A DNA stretch of 64,000 nucleotides from assembly GCF_030453725.1 (NCBI RefSeq), contig NZ_JAKDJU010000002.1:324-64323 (forward strand). Reading direction: 5' to 3'. Below are positions 1 to 9,639 of the stretch, in pieces. The notes below the pieces were generated by a model that was given only the letters and a program-made list of their open reading frames with translations, had not been told where the DNA came from and searched no databases. Position numbers and translations under genes: made by a program. Position 1 is the first letter of the stretch; the number at the start of each line of letters is the position of its first letter. This stretch comes from Brevibacterium sandarakinum. GTDB lineage: Bacteria > Actinomycetota > Actinomycetes > Actinomycetales > Brevibacteriaceae.

Positions 1-39
1 CTATCGGAGCCAATTGGGTTTCGAAAGGGGTGAGACGAC

Positions 40-471
40 ATGTTCTTGGGCACTCATTTGCAGAAGCTCGACGACAAAGGTCGGCTCATCCTGCCCGCAA
101 AGTTCCGGGAGGAGCTTTCGCCCGGTCTCGTATTGACCCGTGGACAGGAGAACTGCCTCACCCTGTTCCCCACCACGGAGTTCGAAGCCGAGCACGAGCG
201 AATCCAGAACGCACCGAAGACGAATAAGGAAGCTCGCGATTACCAGCGTGTGTTCCTGTCGGCGGCCTTTGCGGATCAGCCGGACAAACAGGGACGCATC
301 ACGGTCCCGAACATATTGCGGCAGTACGCATCACTTGATCGGGAAGTCGCAGTGATCGGCATGGGCAACCGAGTCGAGATCTGGGATTCACCGACATGGG
401 ACAACTACCTGGTCGGCGCGCAGCAGGCATTCGCTGAACGTGAGAACGAGGTGATTCCCGGAGTGATCTGA
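40..471 (+). CDS. mraZ: Transcriptional regulator MraZ
   Basis: 143 aa. N-terminus MFLGTHLQKLDDKGRLILPAKFREEL is the typical MraZ/SpoVT-AbrB repeat. It is the first gene of the dcw cluster. AAGGGGTGAG RBS lies upstream. Confidence 0.95.
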   Translation: MFLGTHLQKLDDKGRLILPAKFREELSPGLVLTRGQENCLTLFPTTEFEAEHERIQNAPKTNKEARDYQRVFLSAAFADQPDKQGRITVPNILRQYASLDREVAVIGMGNRVEIWDSPTWDNYLVGAQQAFAERENEVIPGVI

Positions 472-639
472 TTCTGCTCGGGTTTGATCCTTGCCCGCCG
501 TGTTCGAGTTTCGGGGAACTTCCCCGTTTCCGAAGCTCGGCAGTCCTGACACACTTCCCCGGTGCCAGGGCAGCGGCGGACAAGGTTCTGGCTCCAGCAG
601 TTCACCCCCACTACCCACCACCCCACAAAGGACTCACCC

Positions 640-1602
640 ATGAATGATCAGCACGTACCGGTGCTCCTGGAGCGCGTGGTCGAGCTCATCGGGGTCGGAG
701 TCCAAGCAGCCAGAGAAGAAGGTTGCACCCCGATCGTCGTGGACGGCACCTTGGGAATGGGAGGGCACTCGGAAGCCGTCCTCACAGCCTTCCCCGACGT
801 CCATCTCATCGGAGTCGACCGCGACACCCAAGCCATCGACATCGCCACGAAACGACTGGCGCCCTTCTCTGGCCGTACCGACATCGTCCACGCAGTCGAT
901 GACGAGATCCCCGAGATCCTCGACGACCTCGGTGTGGATCGGATCAGCGCGATCCTCCTCGACCTCGGGGTATCGTCCCTGCAGCTCGACGAGGAAGAGC
1001 GAGGGTTCTCCTACTCTCGTCCTGCTCCTTTGGACATGAGGATGGATCGAACCCAGGCCCTGACCGCCGCCGAGGTGCTGGCCACCTACTCCGAAACCGA
1101 ACTTCGCCGCATCCTCCGTGAGTACGGCGAAGAGAAGATGGCGGGCCGGATCGCGAAGATCATCGTCGCTGACCGCGACCAGACGCCGTGGGAGACCTCC
1201 GAGCAGCTGGCCGCGATGCTGGGACGAGTGCTGCCCCCGACGAAGAAGAAGTCCCACCCTGCGAAGCGGACGTTCCAAGCCCTGCGCATCGAGGTCAACG
1301 ACGAACTCGGTGTGCTGCGGACCGCGCTGCCCGAAGCATTGAAGGCCCTGCACCTCGGGGGAGTGGCGGTCATCGAGTCGTACCAGTCGCTCGAGGACAC
1401 GATCGTGAAGAAGATCTTCCGTACGGCGACCACCACCTCGGCGCCGCCGGATATGCCGGTCGTTCCCGAGGAGCTCCAACCATGGTTGGCCGAAATCATC
1501 CGCGGTGCGGAACAGGCCGACAGCGACGAAGCAGACAGGAATCCTCGCGCCAAGAGCGTGCGGCTGCGTGCAGTACAGAAGATCAGGGAGGCACAATCGT
1601 GA
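640..1602 (+). CDS. rsmH: 16S rRNA (cytosine1402-N4)-methyltransferase RsmH (MraW)
   Basis: Motifs HVPVLLERV, DGTLGMGGHS and DLGVSSLQLD. Position after mraZ. The ORF track starts at 562; I prefer the in-frame ATG at 640 (MNDQHVPVL). Confidence 0.93.
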   Translation: MNDQHVPVLLERVVELIGVGVQAAREEGCTPIVVDGTLGMGGHSEAVLTAFPDVHLIGVDRDTQAIDIATKRLAPFSGRTDIVHAVDDEIPEILDDLGVDRISAILLDLGVSSLQLDEEERGFSYSRPAPLDMRMDRTQALTAAEVLATYSETELRRILREYGEEKMAGRIAKIIVADRDQTPWETSEQLAAMLGRVLPPTKKKSHPAKRTFQALRIEVNDELGVLRTALPEALKALHLGGVAVIESYQSLEDTIVKKIFRTATTTSAPPDMPVVPEELQPWLAEIIRGAEQADSDEADRNPRAKSVRLRAVQKIREAQS

Positions 1603-2165
1603 GGAACGCTCAAACGGCTGTCCGTCAACCCCGCGTCACGGAACGGGCGCGGAGCCTCGAAGAGTCCGCAGGTCGTCTGGCTCCGCCGAGGCTCAAACTC
1701 CTGAAATTCGAGCTGCCGAAGGCCAGAGTTCCCTTCTCCATGCTCTGCGTGGCGATTCTCGTCGCCACCCTCGTCGCGGTGCTGCTGCTCAACATCTTCA
1801 TCTCCCACACCTCGTACCAGATCGACCAGCTGAATTCTGAGAAGGAGCAGCTGGCGGAACAAAAGGATCGGCTCATCGAGGACAACTCCTACCGTGAGTC
1901 CCCGCAGAACATCTCGATCGCGGCGGAGGATCTCGGCCTGGTCCGTGATTCCTCGCCCGAGTTCCTCGATGCGGAGACCGGAAAGATCATCGATGCTCCT
2001 CCGATCGACGTCAGCGGAGAAAAGGAGCCGGCAGTTATCCCCGGCCCGCGTGCCGATACCCGTGAAGACCTCCGTCCCAATCTACGATCGGATGAGAAGC
2101 TGCCGGTAGTCGGAGGCAGTCCCAGCAAGGACATCGCCGCACCGGCTCAGGAAGCTCCGAAATAA
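1599..2165 (+). CDS. ftsL: FtsL-like septum formation protein (single TM helix plus coiled coil)
   Basis: GTG at 1599 overlaps the rsmH stop (GTGA), with a GGGAGG RBS 8 nt upstream. TM segment FSMLCVAILVATLVAVLLLNIF is followed by a QIDQLNSEKEQLAEQKDRL coiled coil. Canonical position between rsmH and ftsI. Confidence 0.65.
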   Translation: MRNAQTAVRQPRVTERARSLEESAGRLAPPRLKLLKFELPKARVPFSMLCVAILVATLVAVLLLNIFISHTSYQIDQLNSEKEQLAEQKDRLIEDNSYRESPQNISIAAEDLGLVRDSSPEFLDAETGKIIDAPPIDVSGEKEPAVIPGPRADTREDLRPNLRSDEKLPVVGGSPSKDIAAPAQEAPK

Positions 2166-2213
2166 GGCGAGTCCGACAGTATTCGCCGACAAGCAAGGAC
2201 CAAGGACAGTGCA

Positions 2214-3995
2214 ATGGGACCACGAGCTACCCGGGTGAAGAAAAAAGGCGGACGAGGCAAGCCCAACCTGCGTCTGCGAATGGCACTGATCGCAGGTCTG
2301 TCCATTCTCGTTCTCCTCGTCACCTCCGGACGCCTGATCTCGATCCAGGGTATGGATTCGATGAAACTCGCCGAGAAGGCTCTGTCCAACAGGCTCGTCA
2401 CCAAAACCCTGCCCGCCGCGCGGGGACAGATCCTGGCCGACGACGGCACGGTCCTCGCCGACACCGTCTCCCGGTACCGGGTTGTCGTTGACCAGCAGAA
2501 CGTGGCCCAGTATGAGGTCGACGGAGAACTGGTCGGCGCGTGGGGCGCTGCCGAAGCCCTCGCCAAACCTCTCGACACCGACCCCGGGCTGCTGTATCCC
2601 AAGCTGGTCGGCGACAAACGCTGGAACCCCGTTGCCAAGGGACTGACCTCCGAGACCTGGCGTGCGGTGAAGGATCTCAACATCCTCGGCATCTCCGCGG
2701 AGGAATACGTTGTCCGGTCCTACCCCTCTGGCGCAGTGGCCGGGAACCTTGTGGGATTCGTCAGCTCCGACGGCCGGCCCCAGGCAGGCTTGGAGAAGGC
2801 CTACGACGAACAGCTGCGCGGCCGCGACGGCCAGCAGCAGTACGAGCGCGGCGCACGAGGCGAAATCATCCCCCTCGGCGACAACAACATTCGCGAGGCG
2901 GTCGATGGGAAGGGCCTGCAGACGACGATCGACCCGGCGCTGCAGTACTATGCGCAGCAGGCGATCGAGGAACAGCGGAAGGAACATGAGGCGGAATCCG
3001 CATCGATCGTCATCAAAGACATCAAAACCGGCAAGATCCTCACCGCTGCCGATGCCCCCAGCGTCGACCCCAATTCGCCGGGCAAGGTGGATGGGACGGA
3101 CCGTGGATCCCGCATCTTCACCGACGTCTTCGAGCCGGGGTCGACGGCCAAGATGGTCACTGCCGCGGCTCTGCTCGACCAGGGACTCGTGACTCCCGAA
3201 CAGGAATTCACCGTCCCAGACACATGGAAGGCACCCAACGGTGAGGAGTTCCGTGACTCGTCACCACACCCCGACGAGAAGCTGACGTTCGCGGGAATTC
3301 TCGCCGAATCCTCGAATACCGGAACCCTCTTGGCGGGGAACGCGCTCTCGGTGGAACAGCGCTACGGCTACCTGAAGAAGTTCGGGTTCGGGTCGATGTC
3401 GGGTATCGACTTCCCAGCCCAGACCGCCGGCATCCTCCACCCCTACAAGGATTGGGACGGCCGCACCAAGTACACGGTGATGTTCGGGCAGGGTGTGGCA
3501 GCCAACGCACTCCAGACCACCGACGTCATTGCGACCATCGCCAATGGCGGAGTCCACGTTCCCTCGACCCTCGTCGACGGTATGGTCTCCCCGTCCGGGA
3601 AGACGATCCCGAAGCCGGAAAGCGAACCGGAGAGGGTCATCAGCAAGAAGGCCGCTGACCAAACCCTGACCTTGCTCGAAGGCGTCGTCGCCGAAGGCAC
3701 CGGTAAATCGGCTGCGGTCTCCGGGTACCGGGTCGCGGGCAAGACGGGAACGGCGCAGGCCCCGGCAGCAGAAGGCGGCGGCTACGACGGATACACGGCC
3801 TCATTCGTCGGTGTTCTGCCCGCCGAGGACCCGCAGCTTGCGATCTCCGTGACATTGCAGCGGCCTCGAAACGGCTATTACGGTGGAAGCGCCGCCGCTC
3901 CAGTGTTCTCCGACGTCGCCGGCTTCGCCATGCGGCACCTCAAGATCCCTCCGTCGACTGCGGATCCCCAGCTACCTGCTCGAGAATGGAAATAA
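2214..3995 (+). CDS. ftsI: Penicillin-binding protein, division transpeptidase FtsI/PBP3 class
   Basis: 593 aa with an N-terminal TM segment. Transpeptidase motifs STAK (EPGSTAKMV), SSN (ESSNTG) and KTG (AGKTGTA). dcw position. Confidence 0.9.
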   Translation: MGPRATRVKKKGGRGKPNLRLRMALIAGLSILVLLVTSGRLISIQGMDSMKLAEKALSNRLVTKTLPAARGQILADDGTVLADTVSRYRVVVDQQNVAQYEVDGELVGAWGAAEALAKPLDTDPGLLYPKLVGDKRWNPVAKGLTSETWRAVKDLNILGISAEEYVVRSYPSGAVAGNLVGFVSSDGRPQAGLEKAYDEQLRGRDGQQQYERGARGEIIPLGDNNIREAVDGKGLQTTIDPALQYYAQQAIEEQRKEHEAESASIVIKDIKTGKILTAADAPSVDPNSPGKVDGTDRGSRIFTDVFEPGSTAKMVTAAALLDQGLVTPEQEFTVPDTWKAPNGEEFRDSSPHPDEKLTFAGILAESSNTGTLLAGNALSVEQRYGYLKKFGFGSMSGIDFPAQTAGILHPYKDWDGRTKYTVMFGQGVAANALQTTDVIATIANGGVHVPSTLVDGMVSPSGKTIPKPESEPERVISKKAADQTLTLLEGVVAEGTGKSAAVSGYRVAGKTGTAQAPAAEGGGYDGYTASFVGVLPAEDPQLAISVTLQRPRNGYYGGSAAAPVFSDVAGFAMRHLKIPPSTADPQLPAREWK

Positions 3996-5557
3996 TGCGT
4001 ATCTCACAGCTGCTGCCGGCAGCCCCTGGAACCATCCATGGAGATCCCGACCGTGAGGTCGGCGGAGTCTCTCATGATTCGCGCACGGTATCGCCTGGCC
4101 AGCTCTATGCCGCGCTGCCCGGCGCGAACGTCCATGGGGCGAAGTTCGCACCGGACCTCATCGGACGCGGAGTCACGGCGATTCTCACCGATGCAGGCGG
4201 CTGGGACATGATCACGGAGAGAGTCGATCCGCAGGCCCTCGCCGAGGTGACCGGGCTGATCGTGGAGCACCCGCGGTCGGTCCTGGGGTTCGTCTCGGCC
4301 GCCGTGTACGGCACCTCGGGGCGGCCGCAGCTGATCGGCGTGACCGGGACCAATGGGAAGACGACGACGACTTATCTCGTCGACGGGATGCTGGAGGCTC
4401 TCGGACATCGCACCGGTGTCATCGGGACCGTTGCGACACTCATTGCCGGTGTGACCGAGCCGAGCGTGCGCACGACCCCCGAGGCTCCCGAACTGCATGC
4501 CTTGTTTGCGAAGATGCGTGCCGCCGACGTCGACACCTGCGCCATGGAAGTCTCCTCGCATGCCCTGAGCCAGCACCGTGTCGACGGGGCGCACTTCGCG
4601 GTCTCCGGATTCACGAACCTCTCCCAGGATCATCTTGACTTCCACCATTCGATGGACGAATACTTCGGCGTCAAGGCCGAACTGTTCACCCGCGCCTTCT
4701 CCGACACCGCAGTCATCGTCGTCGAGGACAGATGGGGCGAGAAGATGGTCGAGGCCGCGCAGGTGCCGGTGCGCACTCTCGGTCGTGACGATCGCAGCGA
4801 ACTTCGGATCGAACACACTCCGGGAGCCTCCGACTTCATCCTCCATCTCGACGGGCTCGAAGACGAAGGCATCGCCTTGCGTTCACCGCTGCCCGGGGAC
4901 TTCAACGTCACCAATACCGCACTGGCCGCAGCCATGCTGCTCGAAGCCGGAATCCCCGCCTCTGAGCTCAGAGCAATCGGTCGGACATTCAGCGCTTCGG
5001 TTCCCGGACGGATGGAGATCATCGATGTCAGCGGCCCGCGCGCCGAGCGGCAATCGCATCCGCAGCACCTGCCCCGTGCGATCGTCGACTACTCGCACAC
5101 CCCGGATGCGATCGAGAAGGCCCTGGAGTCTCTGCGCGCAGACAGTGACGAATTGGTCATCGTCTTCGGTGCCGGCGGCGACCGTGACAGGGGAAAGCGA
5201 TTCGGAATGGGCCAGGCCGCGGCTCGGGGAGCGGATGTGATCGTCCTCACCGACGACAATCCGCGCACCGAGGACCCGAACTCGATCCGGGCCGCCATCA
5301 GGGAGGGCATAGACGCGGAGATTGAGACCGGACGCGCACGTGTGAAGAAAGTCATTGAAGTGGCAGAACGGGGAGCCGCCATCGACGAGGCGATCGCCAC
5401 TGCCGAGGCCTCCACAACCGTGCTCATTGCTGGGAAGGGACACGAAACCGGACAGTCCGCTGCGGGCGTCGTGACCGACTTCGACGACCGGTCGAAGACA
5501 CGCTCAGCGTTGAGCGCGCGACTCGACGGCGTACAAACAGGTAAAGTTCACAGTTGA
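3986..5557 (+). CDS. murE: UDP-N-acetylmuramoyl-L-alanyl-D-glutamate--2,6-diaminopimelate ligase
   Basis: 523 aa. Mur ligase P-loop [11 protein letters not shown]. The DDNPRTEDP motif is typical of MurE. dcw order. Confidence 0.93.
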   Translation: MEIMRISQLLPAAPGTIHGDPDREVGGVSHDSRTVSPGQLYAALPGANVHGAKFAPDLIGRGVTAILTDAGGWDMITERVDPQALAEVTGLIVEHPRSVLGFVSAAVYGTSGRPQLIGVTGTNGKTTTTYLVDGMLEALGHRTGVIGTVATLIAGVTEPSVRTTPEAPELHALFAKMRAADVDTCAMEVSSHALSQHRVDGAHFAVSGFTNLSQDHLDFHHSMDEYFGVKAELFTRAFSDTAVIVVEDRWGEKMVEAAQVPVRTLGRDDRSELRIEHTPGASDFILHLDGLEDEGIALRSPLPGDFNVTNTALAAAMLLEAGIPASELRAIGRTFSASVPGRMEIIDVSGPRAERQSHPQHLPRAIVDYSHTPDAIEKALESLRADSDELVIVFGAGGDRDRGKRFGMGQAAARGADVIVLTDDNPRTEDPNSIRAAIREGIDAEIETGRARVKKVIEVAERGAAIDEAIATAEASTTVLIAGKGHETGQSAAGVVTDFDDRSKTRSALSARLDGVQTGKVHS

Positions 5558-5558
5558 T

Positions 5559-7025
5559 ATGAAGCGACTGACTGCAGCCGAAATCGCAACCGCCGTCTCC
5601 GGCGAGTTGTACGGCGTTGACCCCGAGACCATATTGTCCGCCGGAGTGGTGACCGATTCGAGAGAAATCGGACCCGGCGATATCTATGTTGCCCGCCGAG
5701 GTGAGTCCTTCGACGGCATCGAATTCGCAGCAGCAGCAGTGGAAGCCGGCGCGGCGCTGATCATCGGCGAATCCGTTCCCACCCTCGACGATGCGACGCT
5801 GCCGACGGTCCTCGTCTCCGATGCCACGGAAGCACTGGGACAATTGGCCAAGTCCAGCGTCGAAGGATTGCGTGAGGTCGGCGAGATCACGGTCATCGCG
5901 ATCACCGGCTCGGTCGGCAAAACCACTGTGAAGGATCTGGCCGCCGATCTGCTGGCAGGCGAGGCGGAGACGGTGTGGCCGCCCAACTCCTACAACAACG
6001 AGGTGGGCGTACCACTGACCGCACTGCGGGCGGGTGAGAGCACACGGTTCTTGGTGCTGGAGATGGGCGCCCGTTCCATCGGCAACCTGGCCTACCTCAC
6101 CAGCCTTGTCCGTCCGGACATCGCCGTTGAACTTGCCGTGGGCACCGCCCATTCCGGCGTGTTCGGCTCGATCGAGAACACCGCCCGCGCCAAGGCAGAA
6201 CTCGTCGAGTCCCTGACCGCGGGATCCGTCGCGATTCTCAACGCCGATGACTCACGAGTCGCCGGGATGCGCGAGGTGCTGTCTCCCGAGGTCGACACGC
6301 TCTGGTTCTCACAACGGGAATCGCTGCCCGAATGGATCGGCGACGAGGACACAACGGTCCAGGGAACGGGAGTCACCACCGACTCCTCCGGGCACGCCAC
6401 ATTCACCTTGAACCTGCCGGGCGAAGAGGCACAGGACGTGCGCCTGGCGCTGATCGGCGAACACCACGTGGGCAACGCACTTGCCGCGGCGGCCATCGCT
6501 CACGCCTGTGGGGTGGGAACGAAATCCATCGTGACCACTCTCTCGACCTCCTCGGCTGCGAGCCGGTGGCGGATGGAGCTCATCGACTCTCCATCCGGCG
6601 TGACCGTGCTCAACGACGCCTACAACGCGAACCCGGAATCGATGCGGGCCTCCCTGAAGACGCTGGCGTCGATGGGCCGCGGCGACGAAGACAGCCGGCC
6701 ACGTCGGACCTTCGCCGTCCTGGGCGAGATGCTGGAGCTCGGAGACGAATCGATCTCCGCCCACTCCGACATCGGCGAACTCGTCGTGAGGCTGAACATC
6801 ACTCGCACCATCGTCGTCGGCGAGGGAGCGAAGCCGATCTTCAACGCGGCGAACCTCGAAGGCTCATGGGGCAACGAAGCGGCCTGGGTCGCGACCGCAG
6901 TCGAGGCGAAGGATCTGCTGAATGCAGAGCTGGCGCCCAGCGACATCGTTCTGTTCAAATCCTCCCGAGACGCGGGTCTGCGCTATCTCGGAGATGAAAT
7001 CGCCGGTGTATCGGGGGGCCAATGA
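5559..7025 (+). CDS. murF: UDP-N-acetylmuramoyl-tripeptide--D-alanyl-D-alanine ligase
   Basis: 488 aa. [13 protein letters not shown]-loop and the [11 protein letters not shown] motif. dcw order. Confidence 0.93.
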   Translation: MKRLTAAEIATAVSGELYGVDPETILSAGVVTDSREIGPGDIYVARRGESFDGIEFAAAAVEAGAALIIGESVPTLDDATLPTVLVSDATEALGQLAKSSVEGLREVGEITVIAITGSVGKTTVKDLAADLLAGEAETVWPPNSYNNEVGVPLTALRAGESTRFLVLEMGARSIGNLAYLTSLVRPDIAVELAVGTAHSGVFGSIENTARAKAELVESLTAGSVAILNADDSRVAGMREVLSPEVDTLWFSQRESLPEWIGDEDTTVQGTGVTTDSSGHATFTLNLPGEEAQDVRLALIGEHHVGNALAAAAIAHACGVGTKSIVTTLSTSSAASRWRMELIDSPSGVTVLNDAYNANPESMRASLKTLASMGRGDEDSRPRRTFAVLGEMLELGDESISAHSDIGELVVRLNITRTIVVGEGAKPIFNAANLEGSWGNEAAWVATAVEAKDLLNAELAPSDIVLFKSSRDAGLRYLGDEIAGVSGGQ

Positions 7026-8110
7026 TCGCCGTACTGTTAGCCGCCTGCCTGGCACTGATCCTGGCGCTGGTCGGCACACCGCTGTTCATCCGTGTTCTCG
7101 TCAAACAGGGCTACGGCCAGTTCGTCCGTGACGACGGCCCGACCTCGCATGCCACGAAGCGCGGCACCCCGACCATGGGCGGTGTCGTCATCATCGGCGC
7201 TGCCATCCTGGCCTACCTGCTCGGACACCTGTTCACAGGGTCCGTGCCCACCGCGTCCGGACTCCTCGTCCTGTGGCTGGCCGCAGGACTCGGCGTCGTC
7301 GGCTTCCTCGACGACTTCATCAAGATCAAGAAGCAGCGTTCCCTCGGTCTGCGACCAGTGCCCAAACTCATCGGCCAGGCCTTCGTCGGCATCTCCTTCG
7401 CGGTCCTGGGGCTGCAATTCCCGAACTCATTCGGAGAGACCCCTGCCTCGACCAAGATCTCGTTCGTCCGCGACACCAACCTCGACTTGGCCTTCGGATC
7501 CGCTGTGCTCGGTCTCATTCTCTTCGTCATCTGGGCCAACCTCATCGTCACCGCGGTGTCCAACGCCGTGAACCTCACCGATGGCCTCGACGGTTTGGCG
7601 GCAGGCGCCTCGGTGGTCGTGTTCGCGGCCTACGTGGTGATCGGCACCTGGCAGTCGACACAGAACTGCAACCTGATGTCGGAAGCCACCAGCGCCTGCT
7701 ACTACATGCGCGACCCGCGCGACCTGGCCATGGTCGCCGGCGCCATGGCAGCGGCCTGCTTCGGCTTCCTGTGGTTCAACACCTCGCCCGCGAAGATCTT
7801 CATGGGCGACACCGGCTCTCTGGCCATCGGCGGCGCGATCGCCGGTCTGGCGATCATGACCCGGACCGAACTTCTGCTCCTCGTCCTCGGCGGACTCTTC
7901 GTCATCATCACACTCTCGGTGATCATCCAGGTCATCTCGTTCAAGACCACAGGCAAACGCGTCTTCCGCATGGCTCCGCTCCAGCATCACTTCGAACTCA
8001 AGGGATGGGCAGAAGTCACGATCGTGGTTCGCTTCTGGATCATCGCCGCGCTGTTCGTCATCGCCGGAATCTGCCTCTTCTACGCCGAATGGGTGTCTCG
8101 CATTGGCTGA
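7022..8110 (+). CDS. mraY: Phospho-N-acetylmuramoyl-pentapeptide transferase
   Basis: 362 aa polytopic membrane protein. Motifs [19 protein letters not shown] and [16 protein letters not shown] overlap with murF. Confidence 0.96.
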   Translation: MIAVLLAACLALILALVGTPLFIRVLVKQGYGQFVRDDGPTSHATKRGTPTMGGVVIIGAAILAYLLGHLFTGSVPTASGLLVLWLAAGLGVVGFLDDFIKIKKQRSLGLRPVPKLIGQAFVGISFAVLGLQFPNSFGETPASTKISFVRDTNLDLAFGSAVLGLILFVIWANLIVTAVSNAVNLTDGLDGLAAGASVVVFAAYVVIGTWQSTQNCNLMSEATSACYYMRDPRDLAMVAGAMAAACFGFLWFNTSPAKIFMGDTGSLAIGGAIAGLAIMTRTELLLLVLGGLFVIITLSVIIQVISFKTTGKRVFRMAPLQHHFELKGWAEVTIVVRFWIIAALFVIAGICLFYAEWVSRIG

Positions 8111-9638
8111 GAACCCCCAGATCGACTACCCGAACGCCGAGGCGGTCCCGGCCGCACTCGTGGGACCCAGCTCGTCGCTGGACGGCCTGCGGATCCTCGT
8201 CACCGGTCTCGGCGTGACAGGGTTCCCCGCTGCCGTCCACCTCGGTGAACGCGGGGCTGACGTGATCGTCGTCGACGGCGATGACCAGGCGGACGTCAGC
8301 GAGAAGGCACAGATCCTCGAAGTCTTCGATGTCGACATCCGACGCGGAGACGAGCACGTGACGACGCTGCCCGACGAACCGCTCGATCTGGTTGTGACAT
8401 CACCCGGCTGGAGGCCGGACCACCCGTTGCTCCGGGCCGCCACCGAGGCGGGCGTCCCCGTCATCGGCGAAGTCGAGTTGGCATGGCGGATCCGCGGCAC
8501 CAACGATGCCAAATGGCTGGCCATCACCGGCACCAACGGCAAGACCACGACCACGACGATGCTCGAATCCATGCTTCTGGCCCACGGCCTGAAGGCGAAG
8601 GCCTGCGGAAACATCGGAGCACCGCTGCTCGAAGCCGTGCTCGAACCCGGGCTCGAGGTCCTGGCGATCGAACTCTCGAGCTTCCAACTCCACTGGCAGT
8701 ATTCGCTGAGTGCCGATTCTGCCGCTGTGCTCAACATCGCCCCGGACCATTTGGACTGGCACGGCAGCGCCGATGCCTATGAAGCGGACAAAGCCGCGAT
8801 CTACCACCAAGCCAAGACCGCGTGCATCTACAACGTCGCCGACGAGGTCACCCTGCACATGGTCGAGGATGCCGACGTCATCGCCGGGGCCAAGGCCATC
8901 GGCTTCACCACGGGCATCCCGCGACCGGGGGAGTTGGGCGTGGTGGAGGACATGCTGGTCGACCGAGCATTCATCCCCCAGCGCTACTCCTCTGCCGCCG
9001 AACTCGCATCCTTGGACGATGTGGCCACGGCGACCGGAGCCCCCGGCCGGGATCCGGCAGCCCACCAGGTTTCGAACGCCCTCGCCGCCGCCGCTCTGGC
9101 TCGCAGCATCGGAGTCCCCGGCCAGGCCATCTCCGAAGGGCTGAAGAACCACTCGCTGGGAGCGCACCGCATGGTGAGCGTCGCTGACAGCAACGGTGTT
9201 CGCTGGATCGACGATTCGAAGGCGACGAACACCCATGCGGCCAATGCCTCACTCGGCAGCTTCGACTCGATCGTATGGATCGCAGGGGGACTGCCCAAGG
9301 GGGCCGACTTCACGTCACTGTTCGCCGAACACGGACACAGGCTCAGGGCACTCGTGCTCATCGGAACCGACGACTCCGCCTTCCGCGAGGCCATAGCGGC
9401 GACTGTCCCCGATCTCGAGGTGATCCGGATCGAACCTGCACTCGCAGTGGACTCGGGCGTACCCCAACGCCGCGGTGAAGCCGTGGTCGCTGCCGCCGTG
9501 GAAGCAGCCGCAGGCATCGCCCACTCCGGCGACGCCGTCCTGCTGGCTCCTGCGGCAGCCAGCATGGACCAGTTCCTCAACTACAACACTCGGGGTGAAC
9601 TCTTCACCCAGGCTGTCCACGCTCACCTGGGGAGCTGA
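8103..9638 (+). CDS. murD: UDP-N-acetylmuramoylalanine--D-glutamate ligase
   Basis: 511 aa with a TTG start overlapping the mraY end. [12 protein letters not shown]-loop. dcw order. Confidence 0.92.
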   Translation: MAENPQIDYPNAEAVPAALVGPSSSLDGLRILVTGLGVTGFPAAVHLGERGADVIVVDGDDQADVSEKAQILEVFDVDIRRGDEHVTTLPDEPLDLVVTSPGWRPDHPLLRAATEAGVPVIGEVELAWRIRGTNDAKWLAITGTNGKTTTTTMLESMLLAHGLKAKACGNIGAPLLEAVLEPGLEVLAIELSSFQLHWQYSLSADSAAVLNIAPDHLDWHGSADAYEADKAAIYHQAKTACIYNVADEVTLHMVEDADVIAGAKAIGFTTGIPRPGELGVVEDMLVDRAFIPQRYSSAAELASLDDVATATGAPGRDPAAHQVSNALAAAALARSIGVPGQAISEGLKNHSLGAHRMVSVADSNGVRWIDDSKATNTHAANASLGSFDSIVWIAGGLPKGADFTSLFAEHGHRLRALVLIGTDDSAFREAIAATVPDLEVIRIEPALAVDSGVPQRRGEAVVAAAVEAAAGIAHSGDAVLLAPAAASMDQFLNYNTRGELFTQAVHAHLGS

Positions 9639-9639
9639 C

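Noticed and set aside
634-1596. Long antisense or out-of-frame ORFs throughout the ORF track. Examples are 634-1596(-), 10147-11484(-), 21630-23156(-), 23907-25256(-), 37137-38249(-), 38580-39518(-), 50501-52201(-) and 54098-55192(-).
   Set aside because: Each lies fully inside a well-supported conserved gene on the other strand or in another frame. Their products are Arg/Gly/Asp/Pro-rich low-information sequences typical of stop-poor alternative frames in GC-rich DNA. None has a recognisable motif or RBS.
9475-9639. Upstream extension of the ftsW ORF overlapping the murD 3' end.
   Set aside because: It overlaps the conserved murD C-terminus in another frame. The ATG at 9640 directly follows the murD stop.
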